NCBI RefSeq assembly: GCF_009914755.1
Contig: NC_060947.1
DNA: 64,000 bases
Origin: the human T2T-CHM13v2.0 reference genome, Homo sapiens
Strand: one strand, 5' to 3'
Below are positions 1-13,970 of the stretch, one piece after another (the first letter of the stretch is position 1; each line of letters starts with the position of its first letter). The position numbers and the translations under genes were made by a program. Below the pieces are notes generated by a model that ran no database searches, had not been told where the DNA came from, and saw only the letters and a list, made by a program, of their open reading frames with translations.

Positions 1-380
1 TGGTACAATATGAATTCTTTGAATGAAGCTTATATATCTACCATCAGAGGGACTGGTTAAATGATTTGTGATATATTGTTAATGAATATCATGCAGCCAT
101 CAAAAAGATGATGCAGCTCTCTACTGATATTCAACAATCCCCATGATAGTTTTAATTAAGGAAGCAAGGCATTATATTACCTTACTATTTGTATAAAAAG
201 AATTTAAATATGCATAAAATATGTCAGAAACCATACTCAAAGAATTGTTAACAATTGCCTATGAAGAGAGAAACTGGGTGTCTAAGTAAAAGGGAGACAA
301 TTTTAATTGTATACCCATTTATTTGTTTTGTATTTTATACCATGTATATATATTAGCTATTTCAAAAAATGAATGTAATT
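1..380 (+). mobile_element. Ancient L1 3' end fragment (L1ME/L1MC-like)
   Basis: Degenerate L1 3'-end motifs (ggactggttaaat..., aatatcatgcagccatcaaaaagatga, gttaacaattgcctatg); very diverged, edges approximate. Confidence 0.55.
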
Positions 381-2205
381 TAGTTTTAAAAAATGTATTC
401 CAGTATGGGCCCTATAATTTTGAGTAGGAAGAAGATATTATTGACTCTCTGTGAGTGTGCTCTGCATTTCAGTTATTTTTTTTCCATTAGGGAAGTTGTA
501 CTTGAATAGAAGAGTGAGCTTGTTGTCACGTTTGCCATTCCATTGATCATTAGGATTAATTTAGCAAACCCATCTCTCTCTACCCTCCTTACTCCCAAAG
601 CTGATTTAAGTCAAAGAGGATGATTTTGCCACAGAGAACTATCGATTGTACCAAAATAGCTATGCTTGTCTACTAGAACTTCAAAGTAACCCACATATTC
701 CATACGGAGAAGTTGGCATTTACCTATCTTTATCTTAATAGAGAGTAGTTAGAGAATATCCGATCAATAAGGACTCAAAATAGAACACAAGGGAGGACAG
801 AAATTGTGGTGCAGGGCGAATGAATTATCAGGGTGTGATACAAAGGTCACCAAAGCCATCATGTGTTGTATAAGAAACAGGAATGCCTCCAGTGATCTCG
901 GGCAATATTGGATGTCAATGGAGAGCATTTTCCTCTGGTCTTGACTGAGCTAAACCCAGCCTCTAAAGTGCTATGCAATACCACTTTCCAGGACAAAACT
1001 GCCTTTGTTTGGAAGGATTTTGGAATTATAGGCCTAACAAGAAAGTGTTATTACAATAGAACCAGAGGAGGAAAAAGACAATCATTGTCTTTTATGTTTT
1101 AATATAGACATTTGAAACTCAGGGCAGATTCAAATAGTTCTTTGATTAAAATAATTTTGAATTGGAAGTCTAGAACTCAGGGCATCAGGTTTATGTCATA
1201 CACAATAGTATAGAAACACAGCCATTTGATACCTTTGATGGCACTCATCTCTGGGAAAATTATCCTCTTTGACTGAAAACAGCTTTGGGAGCAGAGAGGA
1301 CAGAGAGAGATGGGTTTGCTAAATTGATGTAGCTTTTTAGGGCTAGAAACTGAGTCTTGATACTGCCTCTAAAATAATAAAAGTTTTTGGGAATAGTTCT
1401 TGCCCACCAAATTCACAAAAATACTGAGATATGAAACAGAATACCGATTTACTAAGTTACTCTTAGAGTACAATTGTCACAAGGGCTGGAATACATAGAT
1501 GCATTGATTCTCTTACATACATACATTCTCTTCTCTATAGGAAAGTTTACATGGAAAGCCACATTATAATCAGAAAGTGATCAAATAAACCCAGTAATAT
1601 ACAACAAGGGAATGAGCTGGATGATTTTCATGGCTCCTGTCTTCCAGCTAGGAGAGTAATTAATCCATCTCCACTGGAAAGATAGACCAACTGAACAAAC
1701 ATTCATCTTAGTTCACTAATACATTTTCTCCTAGATCATGCCCCTATAATACCCACCCTGAATAAATGTATTTTGTTTCAAAATTGACAAATTCTTTCCT
1801 GTTATTAGAATATTTGCCCCTGTCAATACCATTGATTAGGCTGCAGTCTAGCACTCTCTTCCACTTTTTGGGTTGGAAGACACTCTTTCTCTTGTGATAT
1901 TTGCATGTACCTGAGTCCATCCATTGTGTGTTGCCTCTTTTTTTTTCTTAAAAAACTTTTGATGATGAGTTTTATTAAATTTAATCAACTGCTTTTTTTC
2001 ATTACACTTTAAGTTTTACGGTACATGTGCACAACGTGCAGGTTTGTTATATATGTATACATGTGCCATGTAGGTGTGCTGCACCCATTAACTAGATATT
2101 TAACATTAGGTATATCTCCTAATGCTATCCCTCCCTCCTTCCCCCACCCCACAACAGGCCCCAGTGTGTGATGTTCCCCTTCCTCTCTCCATGTGTTCTC
2201 ATTGT

Positions 2206-6022
<3,817 letters not shown>

Positions 6023-6085
6023 TATGATGTTAGCTGGTTATTTTGCTCGTTAGTTGATGCAGTTTCTTCCTAGCCTTGATGGTCT

Positions 6086-7103
6086 TTACAATTTGGCATG
6101 ATTTTGCAGTCACTGGTACCAGTTGTTCCTTTCCATGTTTAGTGCTTCCTTCAGGAGCTCTTTTAGGGCAGGCCTGGTAGTGACCAAATCTCTCAAGCAT
6201 TTGCTTGTCTGTAAAGTATTTTATTTCTCCTTCACTTATGAAGCTTAGTTTGGCTGGATATGAAATTCTGGGTTGAAAATTCTTTTCTTTAAGAATGTTG
6301 AATATTGGCCCCCACTCTCTTCTGGCTTGTAGAGTTTCTGCCAAGAGATCAGCTGTTAGTCTGATGGGCTTCCCTTTGTAGGTAACCCAACCTTTCTCTC
6401 TGGCTGCCCTTAACATTTTTTCCTTCATTTCAACTTTGGTGAATCTGACAATTATGTGTCCTAGTGTTGCTCTTCTCGAGGAGTATCTTTGTGGCATTCT
6501 CTGTATTTCCTGAATCTGAATGTTGGCCTGCCTTCCTAGATTGGGGAAGTTCTCCTGGATAATATCCTGCAGAGTGTTTTCCAACTTGGTTCCATTCTCC
6601 CCGTCACTTTCAGGTACACCAATGAGATGTAGATTTGTTCTCTTCACATAGTCCCATATTTCTTGGAGGCTTTATTTGTTTCTTTTTATTCTTTTTTCTC
6701 TAAACTTCTCTTCTTGCTTCATTTCATTCATTTGATCTTCCATCACTGATACCCTTTCTTCCAGTTGATCAAATCGGCTACTGAGGCTTGTGCATTCATC
6801 ATGTAGTTCTCGTGCCATGGTTTTCAGCTCCATCAGGTCCTTTAAGGGCTTTTCTGCATTGGTTGTTCTAGCTAGCCATTCGTCTAATCTTTTTTCAAGG
6901 TTTTTAACTGCTTTGCCATGGATTCAAACTTCCTCCTTTAGCTCAGAGTAGTTTGATCATCTAAAGACTTCTTCTCTCAACTCGTCAAAGTCATTCCCTG
7001 TCCAGCTTTGTTCTGTTGCTGGTTAGGAGCTGCATTCCTTTGGAGGAGGAGAGGCACTCTGATTTTTGGAATTTTCAGTTTTTCTGCTCTGTTATTTCCC
7101 CAT
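6086..7103 (-). pseudogene. L1 ORF1 (RNA-binding chaperone), disrupted
   Basis: ATGGGGAAA start at 7103 followed immediately by a stop (TAA); fragment 6030-6647 encodes LIGVPE...REKG...ARREW...YPAKLS and then frameshifts. Confidence 0.93.
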
Positions 7104-7230
7104 CTTTGTGGTTTTATCTACCTTTTGTCTTTGATGATGGTGACGTACTGATGGGGTTTTGGTGTGGATGTCCTTTCTGTTTGTTAGTTTTCCTTCTAAC
7201 ATTCAGGACCCTCAGCTCCATGTCTGTTGG

Positions 7231-7360
7231 AGTTTGCTGGAGTTCCACTCCAGACCCTGTTTGCCTGGGTATCAGCAGCAGAGGCTGCAGAACAGCGGAT
7301 ATTGGTGAACAGCAAATGTTGCTGCTGGATCGTTCCTCTGGAAGTTTTGTCTCAGAGTAG
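7231..7360 (-). promoter_or_regulatory. 129-bp L1 5'UTR segment containing the ZNF93 target (present in L1PA4-6, deleted in younger L1)
   Basis: Sequence between ...GGGTAC and TCCAACAGAC (CTCTGAGACAAAACTTCCAGAGG...CAGCAAAC) is present; L1HS joins these two points directly. Confidence 0.8.
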
Positions 7361-7678
7361 TACCCGGCCGTGTGAGGTGTCAGTCTGCCCCTAGTAGGGG
7401 GTGCCTCCCAGTTAGGCTACTCAGGGGTCAGGGACCCACTTGAGGAGGCAGTCTGTCCATTTTCAGATCTCAAACTCCATGCTGGGAGAACCACTACTCT
7501 CTTCAAAGCTGTCAGACAGGGACCTTTAAGTCTGCAGAGGTTTCTGCTGCCTTTTGTTTGTCTGTGCCCTGCCCCCAGAGGTGGAGTCTACAGAAGCAGG
7601 CAGACCTCCTTGAGCTGCGGTGGGCTTCACCCAGTTCAAGCTTCCCGGCCGCTTTGTTTACCTACTCAAGACTCGGCA

Positions 7679-8209
7679 ATGGTGGGCGCCCCTCTCCCAG
7701 CCTCGCTGCTGCCTTGCAGTTTGATCTCAGACTGCTGTGCTAGCAATGAGCTAGGCTCTGTAGGCATAGGACCCTCTGAGCCAGGCGAGGGATACAATCT
7801 CCTGGTGTGCCATTTGCTAAGACTGTTGGAAAAGTGCAGTATTAGTGTGGGAGTGACCCGATTTTCTAGGTGCCATCTGTCACCCCTTTCATTGGCTAGG
7901 AAAGGGAATTCCCTGACCCCTTGTGCTTCCCATGTGAGGCAATGCTTCGTCATACTTTGGTTTAGGCTCAGTGTGCTGCACACACTGTCCTGCACCCACT
8001 GTCCGACAATCCCCAGTGAGATGAACCCGGTACCTCAGTTGGAAATGCAGAAATCATTCGTTTTCTGTGTCACTCACACTGGGAGCTGTAGACTGGAGCT
8101 GTTCTTATTTGGCCATCTTGCCTCCACCCCCCTGTGTGTTGCCTTTATTAGCATAACTCAGAACTGTGAAGGGGCCCCATTGTTACTTCTAGGACCACTT
8201 GCATTATAG
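7679..8209 (+). CDS. ORF0: L1 antisense ORF0, open and extended to 176 aa, last ~25 aa from flanking DNA (expression unknown)
   Basis: gcaATGg start at 7679; MVGAPLPASLLPCSLISDCCASN..SVGIGPSEPG..VGVTRFSRC matches ORF0p; no stop until 8207-8209. Confidence 0.55.
   Translation: MVGAPLPASLLPCSLISDCCASNELGSVGIGPSEPGEGYNLLVCHLLRLLEKCSISVGVTRFSRCHLSPLSLARKGNSLTPCASHVRQCFVILWFRLSVLHTLSCTHCPTIPSEMNPVPQLEMQKSFVFCVTHTGSCRLELFLFGHLASTPLCVAFISITQNCEGAPLLLLGPLAL
8111..8120 (-). promoter_or_regulatory. YY1 site of the L1 internal promoter
   Basis: CAAGATGGCC intact about 13-21 nt from the L1 5' end. Confidence 0.8.
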
Positions 8210-8257
8210 TGTTTATTGTGGCTTATGTTGAATAATATATACAGCTTAAATATATTA

Positions 8258-8490
8258 ACATATATTTCAACAAGTCTTACTATATGCCTGGCACTTTGCT
8301 GAGCAGTTCACATGTATTTTCTCACATCAATCTATGTGACAGGCAAATATTTATTTATATTATTGCAGAGATTGAGAATAAATAACTCACTGAGAAAACA
8401 GAATAATAGTAAGTCAAGAAACTTCCCCAAGATCACACAGCTAGTAAATTTAGGTGCTGGAATTCTAACTCATGCCTTTCTGATTCCAGG
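8258..8490 (-). mobile_element. MIR SINE
   Basis: cttactatatgcctggcact...cccaagatcacacagctagtaa...ggaattctaact equals the reverse complement of the MIR core and tail. Confidence 0.8.
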
Positions 8491-8619
8491 TACCACAATG
8501 ACATTCTTCTTTATTTATGTACAACTTACCACCTTACATAACTTTTGGTTCAGGAATCTCTCCCCAACAACTTATGTAAAGAAAATTATATAGGATGGAT
8601 AGAAAATCTACTTAAAAGT

Positions 8620-9005
8620 TTGTTCACTACTGTGCCTTTTTTGATAGTGAAAAATGAAAATAAACTAAATGTACAACAATAAAACTGTTGAATAAATTAT
8701 GGTATTTTCATACAACAGAATACTATGTACCTAAAATGTAACAGTGTAACCCTGTATTGTTTGACATGGGAATATGTTCAAGATTTTGTATTAAGTAAAA
8801 CATTCAAGTTTAAATTAGTATATGGAGTTGGATCTTATTTTTATTTAAAAGATTATATATGAGTTGAAAAAAACTGTGAGGCTATGCATAAAGGTAAATA
8901 GTGGTTATCTCTGGGTTTTAGGAGCTCATGTGTCATTCTTACTTTGTCTCTGCTTACCTGAAATTTATAATTTTCAACAGTGGAAATGTAGTTCTGATGA
9001 AATAA
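8620..9005 (+). mobile_element. Ancient L1ME-like 3' fragment
   Basis: taaactaaatgtacaacaata...gttgaataaattatggtattttcatacaacagaatactatg...aatagtggttatctctggg motifs. Confidence 0.65.
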
Positions 9006-9387
9006 GAAAAAGTGATTTTAGAATACGCAGATGCATTGAAGTATATATTAATAAACAAAAATACATTTTTATTGTTTTGATGTAATAGAATCTTCAATTG
9101 CATGGAGCCACAGCCTTAAACTATCATATTTCTTCTGTTAATGTTTTCTAAACTTTCTCATGAGCATTCTTTCTTCATCAATTACATTAACAGAGCCAGT
9201 CCATATCAAAATGGAAAGATGAGCTTAGTTTCATCTGAAGCAATTTCTCACCTATGCCCCTCTCTCCTTCTTTTAAGATTCCCAGGCCTTTTATCCTATT
9301 ACAGTTCTTCAGAAAAATAGAAGGATGATGATAATAATGGATATAAAAATAATTACAACAATCAAAACAAAGTTAACCATTGTATTT

Positions 9388-9874
9388 TGCGGAGACCAGC
9401 TCAGTCGGGGAGACCCTAACCCTGCGGTGCTAGAGGAATTAAAGACACACACACACAAATATCACGTGTGGAGTGGGAAATCGGGGTCTCACAGGCTTCA
9501 GAGCTGAGAGCCTTGAACAGAGACTTACCCACATATTTCTTGACAGCAAGCCAGTCATAAGATTTACTAAAAATATTCCTTAAGGGAAAAAAAGGGATGC
9601 GCTGAAATAAAGGGATGGGCTCTGGCTAGTTATCTGCAGCAGGAACATGTCCTTATGGCACAGATTGTTCATGCTATTGTTTGTGGTTTAAGAATGCCTT
9701 AAGTGGTTTCCTGCCCTGGGTGGGCCAGGTGTTCCTTGCCCTCATTTGGTAAACCGACACCCTTCCAGCATGGTTGTCAAGGCCATCATGAGCATGTCAC
9801 AGTGCTGCAGAGATTTTGTTTATGGCCAGTTTGGGGGCCAGTTTATGGCCAGATTTTGGGGTCTGTTGCCAACA
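9388..9874 (-). mobile_element. MER9 solo LTR (ERVK / HERV-K HML-3 group)
   Basis: Minus strand starts TGTTGGCAACAGACCCCAAAATCTGGCCATAAACTGGCCCCCAAACTGGCCATAAAC and ends GAGCTGGTCTCCGCA; imperfect 6-bp TSD GTATTT (9382-9387) / GTGTTG (9875-9880). Confidence 0.9.
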
Positions 9875-10055
9875 GTGTTGAGTATTGACAACATATTCAG
9901 CACTTAACTGCATCTAACTATGTAATTGCTTTGGAGTCACACAGTTCCTTCAGGTAGGTCTTATCAATGTTATTTCACAGTTGAAAAAATAAGTTCCAAA
10001 AGTTTAGCCAAAGGACTACACTGATGGTAAGTGGTAGAAACATGATTCAATTCTC
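9875..10055 (-). mobile_element. Degenerate MIR, interrupted by the MER9 LTR
   Basis: aggtaggtcttatcaatgttatttcacagttgaaaaaa...ggtaagtggtagaaacatgattcaa resembles the MIR core. Confidence 0.5.
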
Positions 10056-10956
10056 TTTTTGTTAGAAGCCAAAATTTTATAAGGGAAACAATTGTTCTAT
10101 ATTGCCTTTATTAGACAATCATGGTCTAATAAGAAGCAGGTATTCTAAGGCTTTTGCAGTACCTTCTTTATGAAATCTATCCATACCCAGATCACCTCCC
10201 AATTTTGAGTTGCCTACATCTTTCTTCAGTCACCACAGGAAACCTAGGTTCCCAGGTCATCTCTCGACTACTTACCTCTTATCTCTATGCTGCTCCCAGT
10301 CTGTACCAATCTCACACCCCTTTCCCACCCTGAGTTTATTCACCATATCCTCTGGCAACTCACAATCTGTAATCAGGAAAAAAAATGTACACTTCAAATT
10401 AAAATTAAAAACTATTTTTTGTCTTTAAATTTTTATTCTTTACTGTTGTAAAATACACATAACATGAAAATTATCATTTGTATAGTTTTTAAAAGTACAG
10501 TTCAGTGGCATTAATTACATTCCCATTGTTGTGCAACCATCACCACTACCTCCAGAATATTTTCATCATCCAAAACTAAACATTCTATACCCATTAAACA
10601 GTAAGTCTCCATTTACTCCTCCCTTCATGCCTTGGAAATCAGCATTCTACTTTTGGTCTTTATGGATGACTGTCATAGGTGCCCAGTATAACTGGAATCT
10701 TAAAGTACTTGTCCTTTGTGCCTGTCTTATATCACCATAATGTTTTCAAGGTTCATCTATGTTATAGCATTGGTCAGAATTTCATTCCTTTTCAAGGTTG
10801 AATATTATTCCATCTTATGTATTGTCATATTTTGTTTATCCATTTATCTGTGGTGGAAAATTAGGTCATTTCTACATTTTGGCTATTGTGAATAATGCTG
10901 CTATAAACATTGTTGTACAGATGTCTATTCAAGTCACTGCTTTTAAATATTTTTGA

Positions 10957-11030
10957 TATATATATATATACACATAGAGAGAGAGAGAGAGAAATAGAGA
11001 ATGAGAGAGATAGAAAGAGGGAGAAGGAGA
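10957..11030. repeat. (TA)n-(GA)n compound microsatellite
   Basis: atatatatatatatacacatagagagagagagaga... seen directly. Confidence 0.9.
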
Positions 11031-11484
11031 TGTAGAAATGCTGGTTCACATGAAAATTATAAGTTTAATTTTTTGAGGAATTACTGTACTATTTTCCATA
11101 GTAGCTGCACCATTTTACATTCCCAGCAACAATGTACAAGGGTTTCTATTTCTTTACATTCTCAAAAATGTCTGTTATTTTTTGTTGTTGTTTTGTTTTT
11201 TTAAATAGCAGTTCTAATCCTTCTGAGGTGGTATCTTATTGTGGCTTTGATTTGCATTTTCCTAAGGATTAGTGATATTGAGCATTGTTTTGTATGCTTA
11301 TTGGCCATTTGCATATCTTCTTCAGAAAAATGTCTATCAAAATCCTGTGCCCATTTCCAATGGGCGGTTTTTGTTGTTGAGTTGTAGGCGTTATTTATAC
11401 TAATGTATTCTGGACTTTAATCCCTTAACAGATATATTTTCTCACATTCTACCTGTTGCCTTAGTTCATTCTCTTGATATTGTC

Positions 11485-11655
11485 TGTAGTAGTCCATTCT
11501 TACATTGCTATAAAGAAATATCTGAAAGTGGGTAATTTTGTTTTTTTAAAAAAGGTTTAATCAGCGTATAGTTCTGTAGGCTGTACAGGCTTCTCCTGGG
11601 GAGGCCTCAGGAAACTTACAATTATGGTGAAAGGTTAAAGGGAAGCAGGAACATA
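11485..11655 (-). mobile_element. Truncated MST (MaLR) LTR inside the L1MB
   Basis: tgtagtagtccattcttacattgctataaagaaatatctga...ggaggcctcaggaaacttacaattatggtgaaagg; only one LTR end is present. Confidence 0.85.
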
Positions 11656-12214
11656 TAAGATTTGTCCTTATTTTTTGTCTAAGAGTTTTACAATTTTAGC
11701 ACTTATGTTTATGTCTTCAATTAATTTTCTCTTACTATTTGTATATGGTGTAAGGTAAGAATCCAATTTTATTCTTTTCCATATAGATATCCAGTTTTCC
11801 CACCACCATTTGTTGAAAACACTATCTTTTTCTCCATTGGACAGTCTTAGCATCCTCATTGAAAATCATTTGACCATATATAGAAAGGTTTATTTTTGAA
11901 TTATTTATTATATTCCATTAGTCTATATGCCTATGCTTTTTTCAATACCACACATTTTTTATTACTGTAGCTTTGTAATAAGTTTTGAAGTCAGGAAATG
12001 TGACTCATCCTGTTTTGTTTTTCTTTCTAAAAAATGTTTTATATATTCAGCATCCCTTGAAATTTCATGTAAGTTTTAGGATAGGTTTTTCTATTTCTGC
12101 TCCCCCAAAAATGTCATTGGAATTTTGATAGTGATTAATTGAACCTATGGATTGTTTTCGGTCATATTGTCATAGTAACAAAAAATATTTCTTCTAATCC
12201 AATGATGTTTGGCT

Positions 12215-13195
12215 ACTTTTTATAATTTTTATCTTTTGTCATTAGTTTCATTTTAACATATTATCATTCTCCTTATTTAGTTTAGTTCTTTGTGTTTTTC
12301 TTTAGCACATTGAGGATATTTGAAATAGTTGCTTTCATGTATTTGTCTGTTAAATCTGATGCCTGTCATTCTTCTGGGATGGTTTTTGACATTTTTTTTC
12401 CTTTCAATGGGCTACATTTTTCTATTTCTTTTATGCATTGTAAACTTTTTATTAATAATTTAGCATTTTAAAAAAAGTCATCTTTCTCAGTCTTTGCAGA
12501 CTGGCTCTGTGCCAAAGCAGTCCTTCACTAATTAGCTGAGTGTATTATGGGTCTTGCAATTATTCTGAGGTGAAAACTTAAGTTCTTCTCAGGTCTTTTC
12601 TGAGCACGCATTCTGCCTGGGCCTGTGTGTGGCTTTTTTGAGTCTCACATACATGTGGTTGCTTTTCAATGTGTTAATTTCCCAAAAGTCTCACCCTAGC
12701 TTCTTTTCAGGGCCTTAGATGGACTATTAGATGTTTCCATCAATAATTATTTGCCCTAGGGGTCTGCACATTTACAGTCCATCTACACATTTCCCAAACT
12801 GTGCCTGCTGCTGTTCCCACCTGAGATCTGAGATGGTGAAACAAAAACTGGTCCTTCATGCAGCCCCTAGAGTGGTTAAAAGTTCACATATGAAGTCGGA
12901 TAAACTCCCTTCAGTCAAAAGATGGAACTGAGAGTTGGGCTGCCTCCTCCACCAAACCAAGACTGTGCTGTACCTGGGATGGGGTGGGACAAATGAGGTA
13001 AAAATGCCACAAAATATCTTACCATTTTGAATATGGCTTTTTTTATTGGACATTTACTTTGTTGCTGTAGCTCCTTGACTATTTTCCAACAATCCTATAA
13101 GTTTATTTTAGTCAGTTTCTTATTATTTCCTGATGTTTCTGTGGTGGCACAAGAGCCTAGAACATCTTAGTCTGACATTTTTTGATATTACTCTT
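12215..13195 (-). mobile_element. Old L1M 5' region (5'UTR / ORF1 start)
   Basis: ctgaggtgaaaacttaagttcttctcaggtcttttctgagcacgc and related L1M 5'-end motifs. Confidence 0.6.
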
Positions 13196-13239
13196 CACAA
13201 TGTTTTAAAATTCTTAACATTCCTTTCACCTTCTTGCTC

Positions 13240-13970
13240 TAACTTAAACCTAGATATCCAATGGGGATACTACTTTCCCTGAAGTCCTTTCAAATGGTGA
13301 TTATTTTAACTTTCACACCCATGTAACCTAGAGTCTGAGGTAAAATATATATCTTCCTTGCTCCACATTGCCGCTTCAAAACCGTTTCTCCTTTTTCCTT
13401 TGAATATCCTGTGGAGTTTATGCTAATAGCCATGCCATCTGCTGCATTTTCTTGTCATTGTTAACCAGTAAAATGCTGTTTACTTCTCACCATTCATTTC
13501 CATCTTCAGCACTTGGCTCATTGTCTTCCTCCCTCTCCATCATGAATATTATTAGTATTATTGATAACTACAGTATTCATTTAGCTAATATATAAAAAAT
13601 TCTTGCTTTTAAGTGTTTATGTATTCTCCTTTTAATGATTTCTTTCTCCCGTCCACCTTAACCACTAAACCCCATTGTTACATCAACCACTAACCCCATT
13701 GTTACCCATCAACCATCATTGCATTGCCTCCAAAGTATTAAATTTAAGCATTCTACTCTAACCCCAAATTCCTTACTTTTTTGTTCAATTACTTAATTAC
13801 CGCACACCATTAGTTCTTCAAACTCATTGAGCCTGTACACTAAGTACCTAACCATGTTTTCACTAAACAGCCCTCCCTATTTCTGTTCATCCCTACTCAC
13901 TCAGCTTAAATTCATTGACATCTCTACAGTTTCTCCTTTGCAAATATTCTTAAGCCCCATGTGACACCTG
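13240..13970 (+). mobile_element. L2 LINE fragment (endonuclease region)
   Basis: Pyrimidine-rich L2-like motifs (cttcagcacttggctcattgtcttcct, aatttaagcattctactctaacc, actcactcagcttaaattcattg); highly diverged. Confidence 0.5.
13660..13710. repeat. ~25-bp tandem duplication
   Basis: aaccactaaaccccattgttacatc followed by aaccactaaccccattgttacccatc. Confidence 0.85.

Larger units (their letters stand above)
10428..12200 (-). mobile_element. L1MB-like 3' part (3'UTR plus ORF2 end)
   Basis: aaaatacacataacat...gtacagttcagtggcattaa..gttgtgcaaccatcaccac 3'UTR; ORF 11668-11859 gives KDSVFNKWWWENWISI. Confidence 0.85.

Noticed and set aside
470-1780. Acceptor-like ttttttttccattag (AG 489-490), unique sequence and AATAAA at 1761-1766, suggesting a terminal exon/3'UTR; also ORF 908-1102
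   Set aside because: All three frames stop within 20 codons with no recognisable protein end; ORF 908-1102 has a non-ATG start and no homology I know; such signals are common in AT-rich DNA.
8226-8272. Imperfect inverted repeat tgttgaa..tatat / atatatttcaaca
   Set aside because: Short, AT-rich and partly the MIR tail; expected by chance.
11485-11670. One-ended MST LTR with adjacent host L1 sequence missing
   Set aside because: Ordinary post-insertion deletion; no further structure.
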